Below, one piece after another: positions 15,405-24,907 of a DNA stretch of 52,613 nucleotides. The stretch is from NCBI GenBank assembly GCA_014859065.1, contig JACUUU010000001.1, forward strand, positions 1-52,613, in the 5' to 3' direction. The notes beneath the pieces are model-generated. The model saw nothing but the letters and a program-made list of their open reading frames with translations. It was not told the origin of the DNA and did not search any database. The first letter of the stretch is position 1. Every line of letters begins with the position of its first letter. The stretch comes from Anaerolineales bacterium (GTDB lineage Bacteria > Chloroflexota > Anaerolineae > Anaerolineales > UBA4823). The position numbers and the translations under genes were made by a program.

Positions 15405-18400
15405 ATGTCATCAATGTCGCGTCGTGAATTTTTCAAACTATCTGGGATCGCTGCGTTGGGTCTAGCTATGTCACAAATGGATTTGAATCTGCTCGATCCA
15501 ATTAACGTTACGAATCCTTTAGATGTTTATCCAGACCGTGATTGGGAGAGGGTTTATCGAGATCAATATCGCTATGACACATCCTTTACTTATGTCTGCT
15601 CTCCAAATGACACCCATGCCTGCCGCATGCGGGCATTTGTGCGCAATGGGGTTATTCTACGGTCAGAAACAAACTATGATGTGGAGCGATACAGCGATCT
15701 ATATGGAAATAAAGCCACAGCTCACTGGCATCCACGCGGCTGCAAGAAGGGGATGACATTTCACCGGCGTATCTATGGACCTCACCGGTTGAAGGGACCT
15801 CTAATGCGTAAGGGTTGGAAGGAATGGGCTGATGATGGCTTCCCGGATTTAGATGCCGAAAATAAAGCAAAATATAAATTCGACTCACGGGGACTGGATG
15901 ATCTTCTTCCAGTCTCCTGGGAGACGGCGTATGACTACATTGCCAGAGGGATGGTCGCAATTGCTCAGCGATACTCTGGTGAACAGGGGGCTGACAGGTT
16001 GCGTGCCCAAGGTTATCCTGAAGAAATGATCACTGAGGTGGGAGGTGCTGGTACCCGGACCTTCAAGTGCCGGGGTGGAATGGGTTTGTTGGGTGTGATC
16101 GGAAAATACGGAATGTATCGTTTTGCCAACTCATTGGCACTTCTCGACCAGAATGTACGAGGAATTGAGAAGGAACAGGCATTAGGTGGGCGAACATGGT
16201 CTAACTACACCTGGCATGGTGACCAGGCTCCGGGACACCCATTCGTGACCGGTTTGCAAGCCTCTGACGAGGATTTCAATGATTTGCGCAACTCAAGGCT
16301 GCATATCGGGTGTGGGAAAAACCTGGTTGAAAATAAGATGCCCGAATCCCACTTCTTTATTGAAGCCATGGAAAGAGGGGCAAAGATCGTGACCATCACT
16401 CCCGAATATTCACCTCCGGCAACAAAAGCTGATTATTGGATCCCGATCAGGCCTGCTACGGACACCGCCCTTTTCTTAGGAATAACTCGTTGGATGATGG
16501 ACAATGAGAAATACAATACTGAATTTGTAAAACGGTTTACAGATTTTCCGCTGCTAGTACGTTTGGATACCCTCGAACGGCTGCGAGCTGAGCATGTATT
16601 TCCGAATTACCAACCAGGTCTTGACCTTGAAGGTCCCAGCTTTAAGCTGCAGGGACTTACCCAGGAACAGTACACCAGGCTGGGGGACTATGTTGTTCGC
16701 GACCAACAAACAGGTGAACTTGCTTCTATTACTCGAGATGATGTTGGGGAAAATCTGGAAGTCAGAGGTCTTGACCCCCAATTGGAATGGTCCGGCAGTG
16801 TCAGGTTAATAGACGGAAGAGAAGTCGAGGTAATCACTCTTTGGTCGATGTACCGCGAGCATCTTGAGGATTATGATCTGGACACTGTAGCTGAAATTAC
16901 ACATGCGCCGAAAAGTATGATCGAGCAGCTGGCAAATGACATCGCCACCCTCAGCCCGGTAGCTATTCATATTGGGGAGGGGATCAACCATTGGTTCCAT
17001 GCCACCCTGGCAAACCGGGCACAATTCTTACCGCTGATGCTAACGGGTGATATCGGCAAGCCCGGTGCTGGCTGCTACACCTGGGCTGGGAATTATAAAG
17101 CCGCAGTCTTTCAGGGATCACCCACTAGTGGGCCTGGTTTCAAGGGGTGGGTAGGTGAAGACCCCTTTGAACCAAATCTGGATCCACAAGCACATGGAAA
17201 AGATATTAGCACTCATTTCTTTACCAAGGATGAAGAACCAGCTTATTGGAACCACTCTGAGCGTCCGTTGATTGTTGACACACCTGAATTCGGGCGGAAG
17301 GTCTTCACTGGTCAAACCCACATGCCCACTCCGACCAAGGTTCAATTCTTCACTAATGTCAACCTGTTGAATAATGCCAAACACCACTACGAGATGATCA
17401 AAAATGTCAATCCCAACATCGAATTAATCATCGCAGTGGATATCGAGATGAATTCTTCGGTCGAATACGCAGACTTCGCGCTGGCAGCAAATTCTTGGGC
17501 TGAGTTTGAAACCTATGAGATAACAGCCTCGTGCTCTAACCCATTCTTGCAGATTTGGAAGGGTGGTATTCCACCTATATACGACACACGTGACGATTCT
17601 CGAATTCTGGCTGAAGTGGCTGCCGCGATTGGGGATACCATTGGTGATCGACGCTTCCGGGAGCATTGGAAATTTATCCTGGAAGGTAAACCTGAAGTTT
17701 ATATCCAACGCTTACTCGATTCATCGATAACAACCAGCGGGTACCAGTTCGATGATATCGTCAGTGGAAAATTTGGAGAGCCTGGTGCTGCTTTAATGCT
17801 TTTCCGAACCTACCCGCGCATTCCCTTCTGGGAACAGGTTCATGATTCAGTCCCCTTTTATACAGACACTGGTCGGCTTAACTCCTACAGTGACATCCCG
17901 GAAGCTATTGAATATGGTGAGAATATCATCAGTCACCGCGAAAGCCCTGAAGCCACCCCGTTCCTGCCTAATGTTATCGTCTCCACCAGCCGGTTTATTC
18001 GCCCCGAGGATTACGGAGTTCCTAGCGATCATATGGGTTGGGATGAACGAACTATACGCAACATTGCGATGGCTTGGGATGAAGTTAAAAGGACTTCTAA
18101 CCCTCTCTGGGAGCAAGGCTATCATTTTTACTGCCTGACCCCCAAGACACGTCACCGGGTCCATTCCTCCTGGAGCACTGTAGATTGGACCATAATTCTG
18201 GACTCGAACTTTGGAGACCCATACCGCATGGACAAACGCCTGCCTGGTGTCGGAGATCACCAACTGCATATGAATCCTCAAGCAGCCATGGATCTAGGAA
18301 TTGAAGATGGCGATTACGTATACGTGGATGCCAACCCAGCTGACAGACCCTATGTTGGGTGGAAGCCTGAAGATGCCTTTTACAAAGTTGCCCGGCTTAT

Positions 18401-18842
18401 GCTGCGAGTGAAGTTCAACCCTGCTTATCCTTACCATATTGTTATGCTCAAACATGGACCCTTCATGGCTACTGAGAAGTCCGTGTTAGCGCATGAGACC
18501 CGTCCAGATGGGCTGGCAAAATCAGCCGGTTCAGGTTATTTGGCCAACCTGAGGTATGGTTCGCAACAATCGATTACTCGCGATTGGTCGATGCCTATGC
18601 ACCAGACGGATACCCTATTCCACAAGCAGAAAGCAGGGATGCAGTTTATCTTTGGTGGTGAGGCTGATAACCACGCCATTAACACAGTTCCCAAAGAAAC
18701 ACTGGTGAAGATCGTAAAAGCTGAGGACGGCGGTCTGAACGGTGAAGGCAAGTGGGAGCCATCTCAAACTGGATTCACCCCAGGGCACGAGAGTGAGTTC
18801 ATGCGCCGTTACTTGAATGGTGAAAATGTTGAAGTTGATTAA
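15405..18842 (+). CDS. Tat-exported molybdopterin oxidoreductase alpha subunit, type II DMSO-reductase family (NarG/NxrA-like, periplasmic clade)
   Basis: AAGGAG RBS at 15392-15397, then ATG 15405. Twin-arginine signal SRREFFKLSGIAALGLAMS. FS0 motif C-x3-D-x3-C (CSPNDTHAC) plus a downstream PRGCKKG. The segment NYTWHGDQAPGHP resembles NarG FYDWYCDLPPASP. Length is 1145 aa. Confidence 0.88.
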   Translation: MSSMSRREFFKLSGIAALGLAMSQMDLNLLDPINVTNPLDVYPDRDWERVYRDQYRYDTSFTYVCSPNDTHACRMRAFVRNGVILRSETNYDVERYSDLYGNKATAHWHPRGCKKGMTFHRRIYGPHRLKGPLMRKGWKEWADDGFPDLDAENKAKYKFDSRGLDDLLPVSWETAYDYIARGMVAIAQRYSGEQGADRLRAQGYPEEMITEVGGAGTRTFKCRGGMGLLGVIGKYGMYRFANSLALLDQNVRGIEKEQALGGRTWSNYTWHGDQAPGHPFVTGLQASDEDFNDLRNSRLHIGCGKNLVENKMPESHFFIEAMERGAKIVTITPEYSPPATKADYWIPIRPATDTALFLGITRWMMDNEKYNTEFVKRFTDFPLLVRLDTLERLRAEHVFPNYQPGLDLEGPSFKLQGLTQEQYTRLGDYVVRDQQTGELASITRDDVGENLEVRGLDPQLEWSGSVRLIDGREVEVITLWSMYREHLEDYDLDTVAEITHAPKSMIEQLANDIATLSPVAIHIGEGINHWFHATLANRAQFLPLMLTGDIGKPGAGCYTWAGNYKAAVFQGSPTSGPGFKGWVGEDPFEPNLDPQAHGKDISTHFFTKDEEPAYWNHSERPLIVDTPEFGRKVFTGQTHMPTPTKVQFFTNVNLLNNAKHHYEMIKNVNPNIELIIAVDIEMNSSVEYADFALAANSWAEFETYEITASCSNPFLQIWKGGIPPIYDTRDDSRILAEVAAAIGDTIGDRRFREHWKFILEGKPEVYIQRLLDSSITTSGYQFDDIVSGKFGEPGAALMLFRTYPRIPFWEQVHDSVPFYTDTGRLNSYSDIPEAIEYGENIISHRESPEATPFLPNVIVSTSRFIRPEDYGVPSDHMGWDERTIRNIAMAWDEVKRTSNPLWEQGYHFYCLTPKTRHRVHSSWSTVDWTIILDSNFGDPYRMDKRLPGVGDHQLHMNPQAAMDLGIEDGDYVYVDANPADRPYVGWKPEDAFYKVARLMLRVKFNPAYPYHIVMLKHGPFMATEKSVLAHETRPDGLAKSAGSGYLANLRYGSQQSITRDWSMPMHQTDTLFHKQKAGMQFIFGGEADNHAINTVPKETLVKIVKAEDGGLNGEGKWEPSQTGFTPGHESEFMRRYLNGENVEVD

Positions 18843-18861
18843 TCGCTAAAGTGAGTATGAT

Positions 18862-19116
18862 ATGCCAAAAGACGAATTTGTTGTGGAAGACCCAATGGAA
18901 CTGGTAGGGATGGTTATGCCAGGAAATGAAGATGACCTGGAAATGATGGCGGAGTGCATTGTGGATGAATATATCCGATTGGGTTGGGGTGAGGAGCGCC
19001 TGATGAATCTGTTTACCAATCCGATGTTCTTAGGAACGCACCGAATTTATCGCTATAAAGGCGAAGATTACGTGCGCGACTTGATCCAAAGAACCAAACT
19101 GCGGTGGCATCCATGA
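18862..19116 (+). CDS. Hypothetical small acidic protein (84 aa) between the alpha and beta genes
   Basis: An uninterrupted ORF fills the alpha-beta gap on the same strand. There is no signal peptide and no recognisable motif. The RBS is weak. Confidence 0.5.
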   Translation: MPKDEFVVEDPMELVGMVMPGNEDDLEMMAECIVDEYIRLGWGEERLMNLFTNPMFLGTHRIYRYKGEDYVRDLIQRTKLRWHP

Positions 19117-19209
19117 TATCTCTAACGAGGAATGATACAAATATTCAGCCATCTGCAGAGTTTTTCCAGCTAAAAAAACAAAAGGTAAAAGAATTCAGAT
19201 TGTGGAGAG

Positions 19210-20475
19210 ATGACTATGCCTGAAGTATACAACTGGCAACTTGGTCGCAACATGGATTACGCGTTCGAAGAGGCGCATCCGGAAAAACAGTTTGTTGCCG
19301 TCTTCAATATTAACCGCTGTATCGGCTGCCAAACCTGCACTGGGGCATGCAAGGCTACGTGGACATTCTCAAAAGGGCAGGAATATATGTGGTGGAATAA
19401 CGTTGAGACCAAGCCCTACGGAAGCTACCCGCAGCATTGGGACATAAAAATTTTACAGAAGCTGGATGAGGCACATGAAGCCGCAAATGTGAAATCAAGC
19501 TGGGACACAAGTCAGCTCAGCGAGCATGCGCCCTATGGTGTCTATAATGGAATGACAATCACAGAAGCTGCTGGGCTGAATGAACAAGCGCTTGGGTATT
19601 TGCCAGAGGACAAAGAGTGGCGCGCTCCAAATTTTTATGAGGACACCTCCACAGCATTCCAGGGAGACAACTTGGGATTGAGCACCGAAGGCGCCTCTTT
19701 ACCTGAACACCAGACGTGGTTCTTTTACTTACAGCGAATATGCAATCACTGTAGTTACCCTGCTTGTGCGGCGGCTTGTCCGCGCAAAGCGATCTATAAA
19801 AGACCTGAGGACGGAATTGTTTTGATCGACCAGGCACGCTGCCGTGGATATCGAAAATGTGTCGAACAATGTCCCTATAAAAAATCGATGTACAGGTCGA
19901 CCACTCGCACCAGTGAAAAATGTGTTGCCTGTTATCCACGTGTTGAGGGGAAAGACCCCTTGTTCGAAGGCGTTCCTATGGAAACCCGTTGTATGACCGT
20001 TTGTCCGGGAAAAATCCGTCTCAATGGGCTGGTTGACATAGCTCCGGATGGTGCCTGGATGGAAGATCGATACAACCCGATATATTATCTGGTGATGGTC
20101 GAAAAAATTGCCTTGCCGTTGTATCCACAATTTGGCACCGGGCCGCACGTTTATTATATTCCTCCCCGTTGGGCACCGCGTCCATACCTGCGCCAGATGT
20201 TTGGGCCGGGAGTGGATGAGGCTATAGCCAGGTACACGGCGCCTTCCAGGGAACTATTAGCCGTTCAGCAGCTTTTCCGGACCACTCAACGGATGATCTT
20301 CCGTTATGAGATCGAGGAAGGACCCTTGGTTCTGGAAACTGAGATCAACGGGCAACCCTGGCAAATGTATGACGATGTAGTCATTGGCTACGATGCAAAA
20401 GGTCAGGTAGCTTCACGGTTGAGTGTTATTGAGCCTTTACATGAACGACCACCAGAAAGGTTGAATTCGATATGA
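19210..20475 (+). CDS. Fe-S beta subunit (NarH/NxrB-like, four-cluster ferredoxin)
   Basis: Cys groups CIGCQTCTGACK, CNHCSYPACAAACP, CRGYRKCVEQCP and CVACYPRVEG. GGAGAG RBS upstream. No signal peptide, consistent with Tat hitch-hiking. Confidence 0.9.
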   Translation: MTMPEVYNWQLGRNMDYAFEEAHPEKQFVAVFNINRCIGCQTCTGACKATWTFSKGQEYMWWNNVETKPYGSYPQHWDIKILQKLDEAHEAANVKSSWDTSQLSEHAPYGVYNGMTITEAAGLNEQALGYLPEDKEWRAPNFYEDTSTAFQGDNLGLSTEGASLPEHQTWFFYLQRICNHCSYPACAAACPRKAIYKRPEDGIVLIDQARCRGYRKCVEQCPYKKSMYRSTTRTSEKCVACYPRVEGKDPLFEGVPMETRCMTVCPGKIRLNGLVDIAPDGAWMEDRYNPIYYLVMVEKIALPLYPQFGTGPHVYYIPPRWAPRPYLRQMFGPGVDEAIARYTAPSRELLAVQQLFRTTQRMIFRYEIEEGPLVLETEINGQPWQMYDDVVIGYDAKGQVASRLSVIEPLHERPPERLNSI

Positions 20476-21185
20476 ACCCAGAAATTGCAATCCGAAATGC
20501 TCAAGTCTATCGTTTCTTGGCTGATGCATTAATTTATCCTCAATACAATTGGCTGGAAAACCTCGCCTCATTAAACAGGATTTTTCACGAACTTGGTTTA
20601 CCAGAACTCGAGGTAAACGCAAACCCGGTAGATTTACCATCTCTTCAATCAGAACACCGGCAAATTTTTGGCTTGACAGGTTCTTTATGTTATGAAACTG
20701 AATTCGGTTTACCTCATGAATTTCGACAGGTTCAAGAGCTGGCTGATATCACTGGCTTTTACCAAGCATTTGGATTTAAATTAGGCGGAAGTGTGCGTGA
20801 ACGGCCCGATCACATAGCAGTAGAGGTGGAGTTCATGCATCTACTGGCACTTAAGGAAGCGTATGCAATTTCCAATGGGACGAAGGAACAGGTAGAGACC
20901 TGTATCGATGGTCAAAAAAATTTCCTAAAGGAACACCTGGGTCGATGGATTGGGTTGTTTTCCCAGGCTGTATGCCTCAACCAGAATAATCAGGGAAGTG
21001 AGATGCCTTATTTTGAGGCGGAAAAAGACGTTTATCCAAAAATCGTTACTTGTGCAGCAGCTTTCGTCGAATATCATGCCAAGAATTTGGGATTGAAAAT
21101 TGAACCTCCGCAGCTTTCTGAAGTTCGTCCTACTCCTCTGGGAGCAGACTTATCCTGTGGTGAATGTCAAGTCGCAGGACATTAG
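20472..21185 (+). CDS. TorD/NarJ-family redox-enzyme maturation chaperone (delta)
   Basis: Shows the family-typical PDHIAVEVEFMHLLALKE segment. The start overlaps the beta stop (ATGA). Its position between beta and gamma matches Ebd/Ser/Ddh/Nxr-type clusters. Confidence 0.75.
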   Translation: MNPEIAIRNAQVYRFLADALIYPQYNWLENLASLNRIFHELGLPELEVNANPVDLPSLQSEHRQIFGLTGSLCYETEFGLPHEFRQVQELADITGFYQAFGFKLGGSVRERPDHIAVEVEFMHLLALKEAYAISNGTKEQVETCIDGQKNFLKEHLGRWIGLFSQAVCLNQNNQGSEMPYFEAEKDVYPKIVTCAAAFVEYHAKNLGLKIEPPQLSEVRPTPLGADLSCGECQVAGH

Positions 21186-21298
21186 AATGAATTGCTGAGG
21201 CACATATGACTGGCAAATTGCCACTCATATACCAAGCAAAGTCTTGACCTTGGAGGCGGAGGTTATCTGTTGAGTTCAAACCTGACTGGAGTAACACT

Positions 21299-22330
21299 AT
21301 GAATAAAAGATTTCTCTTTTTCATGATCACATTACTTGTCGCTGGGGTTCTCACATTTCTGAAAATCCCATTGGCCAGCTCGCAGGGGTTAACATTGGTG
21401 CCAGCATTGGTTACAGATGATTTGCCGATAAAGGATCCATCCTCTGATTTGTGGCAGACCACAACAGCAGTCACGGTGCCGTTGAGCGCCCAGAATATAA
21501 CCAAGCCCATTTCAGTCGAAACGAACGTACGCGAGGTAGTTGCGAGAGCACTCCAAAGCGAAGATACTCTCGCAATCATGCTCGAATGGGTTGACCAAAC
21601 CCCAAATGACTCTGTCGTGAGGGTGCAGGATTTTTCGGATATGGCTGCACTCCAGTTTTCTCTCAGTGATGGACAACCATTTTTCTGTATGGGACAGGAA
21701 GGAGGTGACGTAAATATTTGGGCATGGAAGGCAGATTGGCAATCTGATTTGTTGGCATGGCAAGATCTGGAAGACGTCTATGAAACGATGTATGTGGAGC
21801 AGTACCCATTCACTCAGGTAGAAGGAGATCAACAGCCTGGACCAGGGGATTATATCGAGACCGCCTATTTACCAGCCTTAGAGGTCGGAAACCTTGTTGC
21901 CGTACCCGGTCGAGGGACACCGGTAGAGAATTTGGTGGCAGGTGGGTTTGGAACTCTGACAGCGCTACCAGTCCAGCAACAAACGATCCAAGGCTATGGG
22001 GAATGGGCAGATGGTAAATGGCGTGTAATATTCTCGCGCCAGCTGAATGTTGACACATCTAAAGAGGTGAACTTTGAACCAGGAAGAATGTATTCCTTGG
22101 CGATTGCTGTATGGGATGGTGAGTTTGGGGAGCGAAATGGGCAGAAATCCACTTCACAGTGGTTATCTATGCAAGTGACCAGTGAACTTCCTGCCCGTCC
22201 ACCTGCAGCGGTTGAACCTGCAGCCATGCCATGGTGGCGCTCGGCTGAAATAGTTGGTTTTATTTTGGTTGGGGGAGTAGTTTTATTGCTGATAATTGGC
22301 GCGATCATCTATTTGCGTCTCCCTGAATGA
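21299..22330 (+). CDS. Gamma subunit candidate: Sec-exported ethylbenzene-dehydrogenase-gamma-like (haem b) domain with a C-terminal TM anchor
   Basis: Signal peptide MNKRFLFFMITLLVAGVLTFLKIPLASSQG. Beta-rich domain with features like LSIAVWDGEFGERNGQKSTSQW. C-terminal helix IVGFILVGGVVLLLIIGAIIYL. Confidence 0.65.
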   Translation: MNKRFLFFMITLLVAGVLTFLKIPLASSQGLTLVPALVTDDLPIKDPSSDLWQTTTAVTVPLSAQNITKPISVETNVREVVARALQSEDTLAIMLEWVDQTPNDSVVRVQDFSDMAALQFSLSDGQPFFCMGQEGGDVNIWAWKADWQSDLLAWQDLEDVYETMYVEQYPFTQVEGDQQPGPGDYIETAYLPALEVGNLVAVPGRGTPVENLVAGGFGTLTALPVQQQTIQGYGEWADGKWRVIFSRQLNVDTSKEVNFEPGRMYSLAIAVWDGEFGERNGQKSTSQWLSMQVTSELPARPPAAVEPAAMPWWRSAEIVGFILVGGVVLLLIIGAIIYLRLPE

Positions 22331-22340
22331 GGAGGATACG

Positions 22341-23300
22341 ATGAAATACCCCTTGTTTTTCCTCCCTTGGTTAGTCACAGCTGCTTTATTCGAATGGTTG
22401 GTGGTGCGCACTCTAACCCGCCTGGCGATTTTCATGCCAAAATCAGATCTCATCACATCAATTTACAGATCTCTGACAAGTATCGGGAATCTGGCTTCTA
22501 CCCTGAGTGCGGTTCTGGTCATGGCTGCTCTGATTTGGATAATCTGGAAATCTTTTCGTCCAGATAGTTTGCATATAGCAGCTCTGATTTGGATGAGTGC
22601 GCTGGCGTTGAACCTGATCTTCCTGGTATTGCCAGGAGTGGGTGTCCTCGCGGTCGTATTTCAGGTTTTTATGCTGCTGGCGGTGATTGTAGTCGGTTGG
22701 CGCGCAATCTCTACTGCATCAGAAAGCCCTCAAAAGTTCTCTATTTTGATTCCGGTATTGGCGCTTGTTTGCGGCCGGCTATACCAGATCTTCCCGTTGG
22801 CATATGAAGCCTTTGGTTTGCCTGGTCCTGTGCTTTTTTCTGGATTTCTCTTTAATGCAGGAGAATTGTTCGTGGTTGCCAGCTCCTTCATTTTGTGGTG
22901 GACATACGCACGGAAAGCGCCTTTGAGCAGCTATATAATGGCTTTAATACCGGTGTTGGCTTTCACTGGTTTACGTTTAATGAACCCTTCCATGGCTGGT
23001 ATTCTTTCAATTTGGTCAATGGGATTGACCCTTTACCTGCCCTGGCCGTTGTATGCGATTAGCCTGTGGTTGGCAGTTGTTGTAGTCTTAGCGAATATCA
23101 ATCAAGATCGACATGTAGCTGTGGCGGTGATTTTATTAGCTGCTGGTGGGTATGCTCCACAGCTCACCACACAAGCTTTCTATGGGTTGGTTGCATTATG
23201 GTGTTTTATGCTGGATGAAAGGTGGGTAAAAAATGAGGCTGATGTGGATTTTGACAATTCGCTTCAATTGGAGCGCGCCTTCAATTCAAAGATGAGCTAA
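22341..23300 (+). CDS. Polytopic membrane protein (about 9-10 TM), unknown function, coupled to the gamma gene
   Basis: GAGGAGG RBS at 22329-22335 and ATG at 22341, 10 nt after the gamma stop. The protein is hydrophobic throughout. Only two intramembrane His candidates are seen (SLHIAAL, DRHVAVAV). Confidence 0.7.
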   Translation: MKYPLFFLPWLVTAALFEWLVVRTLTRLAIFMPKSDLITSIYRSLTSIGNLASTLSAVLVMAALIWIIWKSFRPDSLHIAALIWMSALALNLIFLVLPGVGVLAVVFQVFMLLAVIVVGWRAISTASESPQKFSILIPVLALVCGRLYQIFPLAYEAFGLPGPVLFSGFLFNAGELFVVASSFILWWTYARKAPLSSYIMALIPVLAFTGLRLMNPSMAGILSIWSMGLTLYLPWPLYAISLWLAVVVVLANINQDRHVAVAVILLAAGGYAPQLTTQAFYGLVALWCFMLDERWVKNEADVDFDNSLQLERAFNSKMS

Positions 23301-23577
23301 AGATCAGAATTCACGCAACCCAAGATAGGAACAGCAGGTTCCAGCTGGTTGTAAATTTGCTTATATCTTCAACCAATTTTAGGATAGAATTTAACAACCC
23401 GCAAAACCAGATAGAGCCTGGTTGGACCAGCGACCATGGTCTAAAGCCATTGTGTTAGCTGATCAAATCAAAACAAGAACGTTTACTAACCTATGAGCCT
23501 AACGAGCAAAGGAAAAAAGCTATCAGGTGTACCTTGGTAAAATACCAACTAAATCCTAACTTTAGAGAGTAGGAGCA

Positions 23578-23901
23578 ATGGAACTTCCCTATAAATACAT
23601 TGAAGACCTGACCAACCAAATACCCGAAATTCCCGCCGACAGTATTGTTAGCCAAACAATAATCTCTGATGAAAGGTTGAAAATCGTCTTATTCGGATTT
23701 GCTCAGGGGCAGGAACTGTCAGAGCACACTGCTTCTCAACCAGCCATATTACACCTGCTGGCTGGAGAAGCAACCTTTACTTTGGGACAAGATAGGTTTG
23801 AAGCCCGTGCAGGAACCTGGGTGCACATGCCACCCAATCTACCTCACAGTGTACATGCAAAAACCAAGTTAATGATGCTGCTTACTTTGCTCAGGCAATA
23901 A
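23578..23901 (+). CDS. Cupin-domain protein
   Basis: Cupin motifs GQELSEHTA...HLLAGEA and GTWVHMPPNLPHSV. AGGAG RBS lies just upstream. Confidence 0.8.
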   Translation: MELPYKYIEDLTNQIPEIPADSIVSQTIISDERLKIVLFGFAQGQELSEHTASQPAILHLLAGEATFTLGQDRFEARAGTWVHMPPNLPHSVHAKTKLMMLLTLLRQ

Positions 23902-24102
23902 ACAATTTGACCGCGAAATTTTCCTAGCCGGGTTGAAGTTCTGTTAATATAATTCTGGGGATTGTTTGGAGGCGAACAGAGTTATAAGTATCTCCTGCTT
24001 CAACCAACGGGCAACTAAAGCGGTCAGCAGTAGCTTCCTTCCCACATTAGTGGGTTTCATAAAAACTTATATTCAGCAGATTTTCTAGGTGTAGGAGGAA
24101 TA

Positions 24103-24864
24103 GTGCACATCCTGGCAATTGTAACTGGCGATTATGGCAACCGTCATGTATCCAATATTCGTAGTCGAAAACCAGAAGATTGGGAACTCCAATCTTATCA
24201 GGCGCCGGTTCAACTACCCCTAATCATTGATTATCCAGAAGATTATTTGCCTACAGACCTCCCCCAGGCAGAGCTGGTGCTTTCATTCGCTGAACACAAA
24301 GGGGTAGCCGAATTACTGCCGGATATCGTGCGTTTATGTGGTGGGCAAGCGGTGATTGCGCCAGTTGATAATGAAGCCTGGTTGCCGCGTGGTTTAGCTC
24401 GCCAATTGCGAGGCTGGCTTGATGCAATGGGGGTCGTGTGCGTGACTCCAAAACCTCTTTGTACTCTAACAGAGAGCCGTTACCGAATTTCTCGCAGAGA
24501 TTGGGTTGAGTTCGAAGACCCATTGATCTCTGAATTCGCTCGTCATTTCGGAAAACCCGAAATGGACATTCAAGTGGATGCAGAAACTAGAGAGATTGTC
24601 TCTGTAGAAGTCAGACGTGATGCGGTTTGTGGTTGTGCGAGTTACGTAGCCGAAGGCTTGCGCGGTGTGCATGTCGATGAGGCGGAAAAGCAAGCCGGAC
24701 TGCTTCACCATCACTATCCATGTCTAGCCAGTATGGGCATTGACAGCGATTATGGCGACACTTTGATGCATATTTCGGGGAATATTATCAAAGATGTCGT
24801 TGCTTCTCAAATCAAAGAATATAGACATTTCACCTATATTGAGCCTGGGAAACGAGCGGAATGA
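24103..24864 (+). CDS. Hypothetical protein (possibly DUF166-like; not verified)
   Basis: GGAGGAA RBS before GTG 24103. Clean 253-aa ORF with Cys/His-rich segments (CGCASYV, HHHYPCLASMG). The family assignment is from memory only. Confidence 0.55.
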   Translation: MHILAIVTGDYGNRHVSNIRSRKPEDWELQSYQAPVQLPLIIDYPEDYLPTDLPQAELVLSFAEHKGVAELLPDIVRLCGGQAVIAPVDNEAWLPRGLARQLRGWLDAMGVVCVTPKPLCTLTESRYRISRRDWVEFEDPLISEFARHFGKPEMDIQVDAETREIVSVEVRRDAVCGCASYVAEGLRGVHVDEAEKQAGLLHHHYPCLASMGIDSDYGDTLMHISGNIIKDVVASQIKEYRHFTYIEPGKRAE

Positions 24865-24876
24865 GGCACTCTGTGT

Positions 24877-24907
24877 GACGACAGCCTAATCTGTGGTCAG
24901 CTTTTTT
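24877..24907 (+). terminator. Possible intrinsic terminator after the 24103-24864 gene
   Basis: GACGACAG-CCTAAT-CTGTGGTC (8-bp stem with one mismatch) followed by AGCTTTTTTG. Confidence 0.45.

Noticed and set aside
22296-22340. Upstream start for the membrane protein overlapping the gamma gene
   Set aside because: The GAGGAGG RBS is positioned for ATG 22341, and the extension would be hydrophilic and overlap gamma by 35 nt.
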